Source of the DNA: Eledone cirrhosa
Lineage: Eukaryota
Length of the DNA: 64,000 bases
Direction of reading: 5' to 3'
NCBI GenBank assembly: GCA_964016885.1
Contig: OZ024743.1
Coordinates: 264,988,001-265,052,000 of the forward strand
The notes under the pieces are model-generated. The model searched no databases, was not told the DNA's origin, and saw only the letters and a program-made list of their open reading frames with translations. Positions 36,014 through 49,167 of the stretch are shown here, in pieces; positions within the stretch are counted from its first letter, which is position 1, and each line of letters starts with the position of its first letter. A program made the position numbers and the translations under genes.

Positions 36014-38144
36014 GGGGTATGTGTGTGTGCTTGCATATGCGCTGTGTGTGTGCGGACGTCGTTTATATTTTTGTTGAGCGTTGTGTTTTAACAACTGTGA
36101 TTACCATGACAAAAGTTTTGCCCTCTCGTCAACATTATCTTCCAGTGTTGGTAATGTATAGGTAATGTCTTAGCCATAGAGTATCCTCCATTTGATTTCA
36201 CAGCTGAATGGTTTAATAGTTTATATTACTCTTCAAGTCACGCAGATCTCGAATATTTACGAAATTAACCTATTTAAAATAAGCTCAAATTGTTGTTGTA
36301 TTATTTTTCTTCTAACATTTGAATCATTATTTCATTAATATGTTTCGCTGTAATAATTATGATAGGTTTATGTGATAAAATTTCAGCCCTCCATTGAAGA
36401 GGATGGAGATTTAATGCTGTACAAAACTGCTGCAAATGGTCCAGGAAATAAAATAACACTGTATCACTTAGCAAATTGTTCTAAGTGTATAAACATTTCA
36501 AATGTTATAATATCTCTAAACGTCTACCAATAATATGCTGATGAACCTTTTCTAAATCCCCCTCATTGCGCTACCATGGATATCCCGGGAGAATAATCGT
36601 CCATCATCACGGTAAATGCCAGAAGTTGCAGAGCGAATCCTCTTCAGATGTAACTCTAAAATATACAATCCTATTAATTCTCAACCTTGACTCCAACGTA
36701 AGATTGCTTAGATTCATCAAATAATTAACAGATATTGTATTTTATTACAAAATATTTAACCAATGACGCGAAAGAGAACTAATGACTAGTATATTTATCT
36801 CATAATCAATAATATTGTATATTTTGGACTTAATTCGAAACACAATTTGATGAGATTATTTTGTCATTTATATGATGATTGATTCTTTATTTTGTGATTA
36901 TGTTCTAAAACTTACATTTGGTACGAATCTGTATATATATTCAATTAAATTTATATACTATTAAATTAATGCCTGTTAATCCACTCATCATATCAAACCT
37001 AAAGAGAAATACAGTGCATTAATGCATATTCCAACCGTTACTCCTAAACTATGCATAATACGAGTAACATTTGTAAGATCATATCTAACATATCGTCCTG
37101 TAAAATATTATTTAATTGTGTTGGCCAAAATATAATAGTTCAGTAAAAACCGGTGACATCCAACACGTATATTTTACATATAGAATAATACAAGCATTGA
37201 TAAAGAGAAAATATTAATACAATAGATCATATTGTATAATCATTTTTGTTGTTCAAATATTCGCTGTAATATCGCAGCATGTTTCCAAGTATTATAAATA
37301 AGTATTTCCTCATAAACCCTAACCATAACCAGGCACCAAATTAAAGGTAGCATCATGGTAAACTCCAATACCACACAAACTATCACCCGCGACCTATAAA
37401 AACAGGAGAATAATTCCGTTATGGACAAACAAAACTACTTTACTCTATGCAATTTTAACAATACGAATATTTAGCTGTATGTATATTTTTATAAATCATT
37501 AATTTGTCGAGGTAAAGATATCTTTGAAAACGACAATGAAACATAGCAATATAAAATTCTCTGAAACTTCGTATAAAAGAAGCAATAGATTTATACATTC
37601 CAATATTTAAATGCGTCTTACAATTTCAGAATTCAAAGATATCTGGTGTATAATGATAGCAATATTAAGGACTATAAGATTTAGTGATCGATAATAGAGC
37701 ACACGTCTGTCCACATTATACGATATCTATCTCTCAGAAATGTATATAATATTCTATTGTAGACTTTAACAATTTCAAGCACAAGATCTGAAGTTTTGTA
37801 TTCTTGTGGGCATTTGCAACCTTTAATGATAAATCTCTAAATACGAAATGGGTAGTAAAATATATTTCCTACTCAATAAATTCGCAGTGCACTCAAATAT
37901 ATTTCCAAATTCGAAATAATAATACATTTTTTTTTTTTTTTTTGTAAATGGTACTGAAGAGATGAATATAAATACGCATTTATGCACATTTTGATAAATA
38001 GAGATGAGGCGTCTGGTAATTGGTTCCAATTATCTTTAATTGTTTATGGTCAAGGTACAACGCTTCAGGGTTATTTGAACAATCGGAAACGTGAATCTTG
38101 GTCTTACGAGTAAGGAGGATTTATTATATATAATTATACATTCA

Positions 38145-38361
<217 letters not shown>

Positions 38362-39643
38362 GCTTATATGTACATACATATTTGATGGGGATGTTTGCGT
38401 GGGTAATTTTAATTGCCTTTGTGTGAATTTTTTATGCCTATTGCCTATGACATTTATGTGGGCCTCCTAGGGTTAGTGGGAAAGTTCGGAATGCATAATG
38501 TTTGTATCAAATGTAACTTGAAGTTTTTACAGTAATTATATTTCGACTCTATCGGTATGTGGTAATGCAGTTTTACACATCTGAAACCAAACACAGAGGG
38601 AAGAAATCAATATCACATGCAACAACACCATGTCTCTTTTGAGATTTGCACACCAAATTCTCCAAACAGGCAAATTGCTGAAATTGTAGCCCCATGAGGC
38701 GGTCATATTAACCAGCGATTAATATCAGCCATATTTCCCATGATATCTTCATAATTGTTTTGATATTCGACAGATAATGCATTGTAAATTCCCAAGGAGT
38801 TCAAGATTCCTGGCTTGGATTCCCAGTTGACAGCATTTCCTTCCCCATACATTATGAATCAGCCATGATATATCACCAACATATCATGTCAATATATAAA
38901 CGTATGATATTCAACAGATATTCCACTATGTACACTATGGAAGGTATTTCAGTTGTTCCTCTTCTGGTTGCTGTTGCACAATGTATGACTTAATAAAGCA
39001 GTCCTACGATCAAAACCATTACAGTTATAACTATCGGATCTATGTTTTTATATGTACACAAAGTTTATCCCGAACTCCATTATTCTAAATTATTCTTACC
39101 TTTTTAAATAGTAATGTATGATTTGAGGGAGATTTAATAGTAGGTATGGACAATTAAAGCTAGATGGGACTTGATCTCACAGCGATAATATCGTGAACAA
39201 ATGCCGTAAACATTTTATCCGATGCTCTAATATGACTCCTTAATATTAAGATACAATATAATAAAAAAAAAACTGCAACGTTACTTTCGAATTAAACCGA
39301 GATATCATCATGACTTTATTTAATTATTATGAAATTATTTAAGTATGGATCATGTTGATGTTAAAAATGTTCGCATTTAAGCCACGTCGATCTGGATAGA
39401 ATTTACAGTACACTATAACATATGAACGGCACTGCTGGCTAATGGTATTGGCATCACTTATATTTCCGAGACTTCCACGCTTCATGATTCTTTGTAGAAA
39501 TGGAAGCGTGGATCTTGGGGTTACGAATCAGGAGGATTTATTTCCATATATATATTTATACATATGCTGCACACACACGCACACACGCACGCACACGCAC
39601 GCACGCACACACACGCACAAACACACACACACACTCACACACA

Positions 39644-39782
<139 letters not shown>

Positions 39783-39806
39783 CACATATATCATATATAT
39801 ATATAT

Positions 39807-40172
39807 ACAATTCGGAACGCGTCTTTCGCTGTTTGTTGATTTGAATATCTGATATTCAAATCAACAAACAGCGAAAGAAGCGTTCCGAATTGTCCGACAG
39901 ACAACCTTTTCCCCCACCCCGGAAAAAACCCCAGTTGATGAATGTGAATCCGAAATATATAGGGACTATTAAATCTCTCCCAAGGTAACTCTCTCTCTTG
40001 TGTTGTTATTATTATTTTTACCCTTTTACTCTTCCCTTCATTCTACACATCTCACACATCTTATACACACCACCCATCTCAACGTACACCCACTTACATA
40101 TCTCTCTCTCCACCACCGGACCTTGTTACCCGGAGATTTACCCATTTGCATTGTCGAGGCTTCCAAACGACT
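39807..40172 (+). mobile_element. Fold-back pLTR fragment of the 8985-11457 PLE family
   Basis: 39850-40172 resembles 11091-11402; 39807-39893 is a near-perfect palindrome. Confidence 0.88.
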
Positions 40173-40196
40173 TATATATATATATATATATATATA

Positions 40197-40749
40197 TAGT
40201 ACAATTTAATATAAAATTATGATCAACACTCGTGTGTTTTTTTTGCAAATTGACAATAATTTAGCCTGTTATTTCTAGCGCCATGGATATGAGCCAGAGT
40301 GCTGGGAAAAGTCGTGTGCAAAAGCACATGTATTTGGCATGCGACAGACCAGTCCTAAGATATTTATCCTAGGTGAAGTAACTCTAATTTATCTGGGTGC
40401 CTATTGAGAATCACAGAAAATTGATTAATTCACTAATAATTATTTCATAAATAGTTATTCCATAATTAATTAATTATTTCATTAGTATACCATCCTTTGT
40501 GAAACAGGTTTATTTTTTGAAGTTCGGACTGATCTGCTGAAAAGATTTGAATTTTGAAATTTAAACTTGTCTAGGCACCAGGGGAGTTGCCATTATACGT
40601 CTGTAAGTATAGATTTATTTATTATTGTTTAGATCGATACAGGCGGACTATATGTACTTGAATTAAGGTATTTCTATCTGGCTAAATTATTGTCAATTTG
40701 CAAAAAAAACACATTAGTGTTGATCATAATTTTATATTAAATTGTACTG
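40197..40749. mobile_element. Candidate Tc1/mariner-type MITE
   Basis: ~70 bp terminal inverted repeats AGTACAATTTAATATAAAATTATGATCAACAC..; right end GTACTG-TA; TA on both sides; non-coding interior. Confidence 0.6.
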
Positions 40750-40847
40750 TAATGCTCAGAAATATTTCTTAGAGCTTAATAATTGTATTTGACTCCTGAG
40801 TGAAAACTCTAAATTATATTATATATATATATATTTATATCTGTATT

Positions 40848-41027
40848 TTTAACCGTTGGTCAATCAAGGATAAACATTGATTGCTAGATAAATAAACTAT
40901 GGAGATATAAAAGATACATAACCGAAAGCCAACCCCAACTAAACAGTGAGTGTGTTCTGTCATTATTTCTGGGAATATTATAACAATATAACCCTCCCCA
41001 AGTATAACAATCTTTATACATTCGGAT
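40848..41027 (+). mobile_element. Diverged family D-like pLTR end
   Basis: AAACAGTGAGTGTGTTCTGT..ACCCTCCCCAAGTATAACAAT shared with 7715-7788. Confidence 0.75.
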
Positions 41028-41227
41028 ATATATATGTATATACATTCACACTCACACGTACGCACGCACAAACACGCGCGCGCGCACCCCCCCCCCCCCA
41101 CACACACACACACATACACACACACACATATATATATATACGTAGGTCCCGGGTTGAATCGGGGATAACCACAGTAAGTAAGGTACTCAATACATGGCAG
41201 GGTAAATTTTTTTTATTTTATAGAAGG

Positions 41228-41278
41228 AGCTTCTACAGGACTAGTACTGTTTCATTCAGATGAAATCTTCAGGAAGCT
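41228..41278 (-). ncRNA. Type I hammerhead (family I); identical copy 61662-61712 (+)
   Basis: AGCUUC-CUGAAGA-U UUC AUCU GAA U-GAA-ACAG UACUAGUC CUGU-A-GAAGCU. Confidence 0.88.
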
Positions 41279-41888
41279 GGGTGTCATATTAAGTTCTGGT
41301 ATTTATACATTTAGGTGGTGGAAGGGGGTGGGTATTTAGGTACAGAGGACCACTTCATGGCACAGGCCGTTTTTTCTTTGGGGAGTGGTCAATTTTGAAA
41401 TAAATAAATAAGTAAATAAATAAATGAATACATAGATAAAAGAATAAATAAATAAAATAAATTAAAAAATAATAAATAAATAAAAAAATAAATAAAAATA
41501 AATAAATAAAAACCCCAAATATAGTAATTCAACAGATATAGTAGGGAAATTTAGGTGGGTTGGTAATAGAAATTAAACATTTAACAAGACCGAATCATGG
41601 CACAGACAGGGGTGAGTGGTCAAGTTAACATACAAGCCACAGGTGGCCAGAGTGTTTTTGTAGGATGGAAAGAATAAAATATATTTACATACTCACAACC
41701 ACATACAAAAACACTTACACACACATATACATATATATACACATATATATATATATATGTATATATACACACACACACATGTGTGCGTATACACATACAC
41801 ACACACACACATACATATACATATACATATACACACACACACTCATACACATACACACACATATATCTACACATACACACGTGCGCAT

Positions 41889-41953
<65 letters not shown>

Positions 41954-41958
41954 TATGT

Positions 41959-42012
<54 letters not shown>

Positions 42013-42146
42013 TATAAGGGAGGGGATTAGGAGTGTGTAACACTCCACTTATCCAATAGGCAGTATAAGGTTAGCTCGATGTCTGAGGAGAGAGCCGTAA
42101 TATAATCAATAACAAAGAACGCTTAGAGCATAAGTATATCTTTACT

Positions 42147-42192
42147 TACTGACAGTGTTTCGTCCACACTATAAGTGGGACTCATCAGAGCA
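42147..42192 (-). ncRNA. Hammerhead in the inverted pLTR of the array (predicted intact)
   Basis: UGCU-CUGAUGA-GUCCCAC..GUGGAC-GAAAC-ACU-GUC-AGUA. Confidence 0.85.
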
Positions 42193-43843
42193 TATAGAGT
42201 GATTACATATTACACAAGCAGTAACAAAGCCAAGACAGAAGAATATATATGGGGATGCAATAAGTTGGGAGGGGTTTAAAGAGTAGAGTAAATAGAGTGT
42301 AGAAAATAAAATTGGAGGATAGTAAAGAATAGTGAAAAGTACAAAAAATAAATAATAAACATTGAAGAAATAAAAAATAAACATTGAAAAATAAGCATTG
42401 AAAAATAAGAGGTGCTATCAGTCACAGTTGGGTAGGGTGCTGTTAACAAACAGTTACATACAAGCATACGCATAAGCAAGAGCACCCGCATGCAACCACA
42501 CAATAGGCAGCCATATGCAACACATATAGTATAGACTAATACAAATAAAAATAACATATCATGGACGAGTATGCAAAAGCTGAGAGATAAATGGTGGATA
42601 TACAATGGGTAAAAATACAATGGGTAAAAGTAAGATAAACAAAGGATAAAAATAGATTAACCATAGATAAAAAATAGATTAACCATGGATAAGAGATAGA
42701 GAATAGATAAGGAATAGACAAAAATAGATAAGATAGATAAGAGTAGATAAAAATAGATAAAAAATAGTTAAAAAATAGATAAAAAATAGATTTAAAAAAA
42801 AAATAGATAAAAGATAGATAAAAAATAGACAAATAATATATATAAAAATATAAAATATACAAAATATATATATAAAATATACAGATAATAAAGGTAAGGG
42901 GTAAAGAATAAATAAATAAAATAAAGTTAAAGTTATATAAAATAAAATACAATGAAATAAAATAAAATAAAGTGAAGTGAGATAAGATATATATTTTTTG
43001 AATATATTTCTTGAATATATCAGGGGCACACGAACGCCTTAAGTGTTACAGTTAGCCATATTACAACAATCAAATGCTCAAATGAGATTTATAATCAACA
43101 GGTGCTATGTCCACACTCGATTGAGTTGACCATTGCAATGCACTGGAGACATCCCAGGTCTGGCAGTCACAGAAATTCACACTCGAAAGTCACGGGTGTG
43201 CATTCACACAGTTGATCGGTGGGGCAATCACAAAAGGTTCACACTCGGTCAGGAATCCATTGGTCAACAGAAGTATATCCACTATTTTTATCTACTCTTA
43301 TCTATCTTATCTATTTTTGTCTATTCCTTATCTATTCTCTATCTCTTATCCATGGTTAATCTATTTTTTATCTCTGGTTAATCTATTTTTATCCTTTGTT
43401 TATCTTACTTTTACCCATTGTATTTTTACCCATTGTATATCCACCATTTGTCTCTCAGCTTTTGCATACTCGTCCATGATATGTTATTTTTATTTGTATT
43501 AGTCTATACTATATGTGTTGCATATGGCTGCCTATTGTGTGGTTGCATGCGGGTGCTCTTGCTTATGCGTATGCTTGTATGTAACTGTTTGTTAACAGCA
43601 CCCTGCCCAACTGTGACTGATAGCACCTCTTATTTTTCAATGCTTATTTTTCAATGTTTATTTTTTATTTCCTCAATGTTTATTATTTATTTTTTGTACT
43701 TTTCACTATTCTTTACTATCCTCCAATTTTATTTTCTACACTCTATTTACTCTACTCTTTAAACCCCTCCCAACTTATTGCATCCCCATATATATTCTTC
43801 TGTCTTGGCTTTGTTACTGCTTGTGTAATATGTAATCACTCTA

Positions 43844-43889
43844 TATGCTGATGAGTCCCACTTATAGTGTGGACGAAACACTGTCAGCA
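43844..43889 (+). ncRNA. Internal array hammerhead with a 2-nt stem I deletion (same at 48913-48958 and 53982-54027)
   Basis: ATATG-CTGATGA versus ATATGCT-CTGATGA in the terminal copies. Confidence 0.8.
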
Positions 43890-44098
43890 AGTAAAGATAT
43901 ACTTATGCTCTAAGCGTTCTTTGTTTTTGATTATATTACGGCTCTGTCCTCAGACATCGAGCTAACCTTATACTGCCTATTGGATAAGTGGAGTGTTACA
44001 CACTCCTAATCCCCTCCCTTATATACTATATGGCTCCCATTGGTTGAGCTTAAACTTTGATATACGAGAATTTGTATCCTTGTATATTATCAGGCAGT

Positions 44099-46543
44099 AT
44101 GCTAACAAAGACAAACTTACCCATTTCTTTGAAGAATATTCCCACCCCCTCTAAAATCTCATATGAGAAATTACTGATAACTAGCATAAATTCCTTCGTA
44201 AAACGTATTCGGTGGCGTGCGTTTCATTTTGATAAGAAGTATGATAGCCCTGAAGATAAGCGTAGTTTTAATAATTATGGCTTTAAGACATATAGGAGCC
44301 CCCCCCCCCCCGCATAATAGCCTATTGGATAATTTCGAAAGTGAGCTATTATCCCTTGTTAGGAATATTAGGTATAAAACATCTAGATGTACCAATAAAT
44401 TTCAGAGTAAACTAAGTTCCATCGTTAGGGACTTTAGGGATAATAAATCCATTCTGATCCCCTCTGACAAAACTAAAAACTTGTATAGTATGGATTATAA
44501 AACCTATCGCGGCTTCATTTATAATGAACTACATAGGAACTACAAAAAAACAACGCAGAATAATTTAGATAATATTAATCTGGAGGGGTATAACATAGTG
44601 GTAAAATTAGGTCTAGATAAACACACTCAACCATATTACCCCAAGCAGCCTAGATTCACCCTCAAGGACCATAAGGAACATTTTATTAGCAGACCCTCAG
44701 TTAGGCTTATCTGCCCCTCCAAGTCGGATCTGGGGATTATTAGTAAGGGAATCCTAGATAGCGTTATTCCCCTCGTTAGAGAAAAAACTTTCCTTGAGCT
44801 TTGGGGTAACACTAGTGAAGTCATTAGGTGGTTCTCTACTGTTTGTGGTCGCGACTCACTTAGGTTCATCCAATTTGATATTGATGCTTATTATACATCT
44901 ATATCTCCTATTATCCTCAATAAGGCCCTTATCCTAGCCATGCAGAGAGGGGCAATTACACGGCCACAGATAGATATTGTTCTCGCTGCACGTAAAACTA
45001 TTATCATGTTTGAGGATAATCTATGGACGAGAAAAAACACACCGGATAATTTTGACATTACTATGGGGTCAAGTGATTCTGCTCAGGTCACTGACTTAGT
45101 TGGGTTATACCTCCTCAATGAACTACATAGTAACTTCCCATTCCTTAGGGGAGGGTTGTACCGGGATGACGCCCTACTCTCCATAGATATTAGTAAGTAT
45201 AATATAGTGCGCATTAGGAAAAAGCTGCATAGTTTCTTTAAAACCTTTAATCTGTCCATTACTATGGATATAAACGATAGAACTGTTAACTTCCTTGATG
45301 TTACATTAGACTTGGATAACCATACGTACACACCGTACCATAAGCCTAATGAATTGCTGACTTACGTGAATACCAACTCCAACCACCCTAGGTCGGTCAT
45401 CAGTGGTATATTGAAGGGCGTATCTAACAGAATAAGTTCACTCTCACATAGCGAAGAGGCGTTTAACTCGCAGGCTGATTACTATAATGATGCCCTAGCT
45501 AGATCCGGCTTTAGGGACAAATTGCATTATACCCAGGGAAATAATAGTCCTAATAGTAGCTCTACCAGTGTTGTTATAACACATAATATGTCCATTGGTA
45601 ATAGAGGTGTCTCGAATAGGAGGGTTCTAAATGCCGGTGAAATGAACCAGCAGGGTACCATTGGTCTAAGTAATAGCAATGGTAGGCCTCGCAGCTCCCC
45701 GCATAAATTAGGTGAACATAGTAACCGTAGAAATAATAATATTAATAATAATAATAATAATAATAATGATGGAAATAAAAAGAATAAAAAGAATAGAAGA
45801 AGATTGAATACATATTTCAACCCCCCTTTTAACTCTGAAGTGGCTATAAATATTCCTAGGGCCTTCTTCTCTGTGTTAGAAAGGAACTTCCCTCCTGGTA
45901 ATAGGTACCACTCTATCCTCAATAAGAATGTTGTTAAACTTTCGTATTTTACAACCCAAAATCTGGCCTCTCATCTAGCCAATACTAATAATAGGAAAAT
46001 TAAGGAAGGCCTGAACAACCTAAGCCTAGGGGAAAACACGGAGGTGGACAGAGGGAGCCTGGACACACGTGGTCAGCAAGCTGGTGATCATTCTGAGAAT
46101 AGCATCACCAGAAATTGTAACTGTAAAAGGGCTTCGGGCTGCCCCCTAAATGGTTTCTGCCTTAGTAGAAACATAGTTTACGCGTGTGATGTGGTAACCA
46201 CGGCGTCCACTAAAACTTATATAGGATCAACTTCCACCCCCTTTAAGACCAGGTTTAACTCTCACCAGTGCACTTTAGACACAATAAACTGAGGAATTCC
46301 ACCTCCTTGGCAGCGTACGTCCACAACTTAAAAAATGCACGAACACATTACACCCTCACTTGGCGGCAGGTTGCTAAATCCCATCCATATACTCCTCATA
46401 ATAGAGTATGTAACCTATGCCTTACTGAATCCCACTCTATTATATTTACTAAATGCTCTCTACTAAACAGAAAGTCAGAAATATTTTCCTCTTGCCCCCA
46501 CTGAATATTAAGCTCTTTCTTCTACTTTAAACCTATTAGCTAG
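44099..46543 (+). pseudogene. Naiad-type PLE RT-GIY-YIG ORF, copy 1 (two frameshifts, one late stop)
   Basis: SLKNIP..KRIRWRAF..YGFK; PSDKTKNLY; TLKDHK; RLICPSKS; QFDIDAYY; TMGSSDSA; GLYRDD; NFLDVTLD; CNC..CPLNGFC; NIVY..YIGST; CNLC..LNRKSE..CPH. Confidence 0.93.
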
Positions 46544-49167
46544 CACTTTCTTAATTCTCCAGTTGGGCTATCTTGTGTAACTGTCTCTTATTGTGTGTAA
46601 TTGTTTTCCTATTGTTTGTCTTCCATGTATATGAGTCTGTGTGTATATATGTATGCCTGCGGGAGAATATTGATCTGGATATTGAGGTGTACAGGTGAGT
46701 TGGTGTGTATGTTAATAAGCACCCCTGTTTGGCACAGTGTATGTGACCCATCCACGCTCGCCTAGCCACCCTTAGTGCATTGGTGGGTCTATCCCAACGT
46801 GTATTTTACAGATCTGTACCTCTGAATGCACATGAGTTATGATGTAATATATCTATGTAGAGCGTGTACTGCGCTATAAGTTGCACAAATGGAGATCTAG
46901 CCTGTAACTGTGAGCGGACCTGTGCCATCTCGCCGTGAGCAGTAGCTACGTAGCACATGCACGTGTTACCCTCCTATTCTGTGGTTTAAGATCTACAGGC
47001 TGACTTCCGGGAGCTCTTGCCCGGTGTTGTAGTCTTTCTAGCACAATCGGCCTTCCATATATTGACGGTCGTTGTTATTATCCCAAAAATAACGTTTTGG
47101 CCCCGATAGCCCTCCGTAGTTATTAACGGTCTGTTTACACTTGAATCGAGCGACCACACGTGTGGACATGCATATCTTCGTAAGAATTTACTTTGATTAA
47201 TTTTGCTGCATCTCCTCGTAAGAATTTATTTTGATTGATTTTGCGGGGGAAAAAATACATTATCTGTGACCAGTGTGAGTGACTGTTGTGGGTCCTGCCT
47301 TTTGTTAGCCTAATAAGATATTTCTGTGTATTATATCCGCTTTGACCCGGGTGTCCTACGCTGTGTGTGTATGCGTGTGTGTCTGTATATACATTTATAT
47401 GTGTATGAGTGTAGGTGGTTGTATATGTCTCTATATATAAATATATATATATATGTATATATATATATACCGTCTCTATATATGCATGTGGTGTGTGTAT
47501 ATGCATATACGTACTAACCATATTCTTGGGATGCCTCAATGTTGTGATTTCATGGATATTGGCTTTTGAAGCTATTTTTTATATGCGCTGTTGAGTATGC
47601 ATATTAACCCGCCTAACCCAACTGTATTTGCTTGCTTTCGGCTAGCCCACCTGCACTTGCTTGCTTTCGGCCCACTTATCTGCCTCTTGATGTTCATGTT
47701 GATGTAAACAAATTTGCTTGCTACCTTGTGACGTTGTGACACTCAGTTATCTGCCCATGGATGTTCCTGCTGCTGCATGTGAATTTACCTACCTTCCTTG
47801 CATACGTCCTTGCTAGTGATGTGGATATACTTCTGTTGACCAATGGATTCCTGCCCGAGTGTGAACCTTTTGTGATTGCCCCACCGATCAACTGTGTGAA
47901 TGCACACCCGTGACATTGGAGTGTGAACTTCTGTGACTGCCAGACCTGGGATGTCTCCAGTGCATTGCAATGGTCAACTCAATCGAGTGTGGACATAGCA
48001 CCTGTTGATTATAAATCTCATTTGAGCATTTGATTGTTGTAATATGGCTAACTGTAACACTTAAGGCGTTCGTGTGCCCCTGATATATTCAAGAAATATA
48101 TTCAAAAAATATATATCTTATCTCACTTCACTTTATTTTATTTTATTTCATTGTATTTTATTTTATATAATTTTAACTTTATTTTATTTATTTATTCTTT
48201 ACCCCTTACCTTTATTATCTGTATATTTTATATATATATTTTGTATATTTTATATTTTTATATATATTATTTGTCTATTTTTTATCTATCTTTTATCTAT
48301 TTTTTTTTTTTTAAATCTATTTTTTATCTATTTTTTATCTATTTTTTATCTATTTTTATCTACTCTTATCTATCTTATCTATTTTTGTCTATTCCTTATC
48401 TATTCTCTATCTCTTATCCATGGTTAATCTATTTTTTTATCTATGGTTAATCTATTTTTATCCTTTGTTTATCTTACTTTTACCCATTGTATTTTTACCC
48501 ATTGTATATCCACCATTTATCTCTCAGCTTTTGCATACTCGTCCATGATATGTTATTTTTATTTGTATTAGTCTATACTATATGTGTTGCATATGGCTGC
48601 CTATTGTGTGGTTGCATGCGGGTGCTCTTGCTTATGCGTATGCTTGTATGTAACTGTTTGTTAACAGCACCCTGCCCAACTGTGACTGATAGCACCTCTT
48701 ATTTTTCAATGCTTATTTTTCAATGTTTATTTTTTATTTCCTCAATGTTTATTATTTATTTTTTGTACTTTTCACTATTCTTTACTATCCTCCAATTTTA
48801 TTTTCTACACTCTATTTACTCTACTCTTTAAACCCCTCCCAACTTATTGCATCCCCATATATATTCTTCTGTCTTGGCTTTGTTACTGCTTGTGTAATAT
48901 GTAATCACTCTATATGCTGATGAGTCCCACTTATAGTGTGGACGAAACACTGTCAGCAAGTAAAGATATACTTATGCTCTAAGCGTTCTTTGTTTTTGAT
49001 TATATTACGGCTCTGTCCTCAGACATCGAGCTAACCTTATACTGCCTATTGGATAAGTGGAGTGTTACACACTCCTAATCCCCTCCCTTATATACTATAT
49101 GGCTCCCATTGGTTGAGCTTAAACTTTGATATACGAGAATTTGTATCCTTGTATATTATCAGGCAGT

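Noticed and set aside
36545-36660. Minus-strand frame containing SGIYRDDG, resembling the RT YxDD motif or a host exon
   Set aside because: About 35 codons with no flanking RT motifs or connected exons; likely chance.
44043-44093. Possible 51-nt intron joining ATG GCT CCC ATT G to the ORF start in frame
   Set aside because: The donor GTTGAG is weak and a downstream ATG (44099) is sufficient; there is no transcript evidence.
46502-46504. In-frame TGA as selenocysteine (some Naiad PLEs encode selenoproteins)
   Set aside because: It follows CPH at a position that is R or K in the other elements here (CEHR, CKHK, CNHR, CMHK), so CGA to TGA is simpler. All conserved Cys codons are TGY and no SECIS was recognised.
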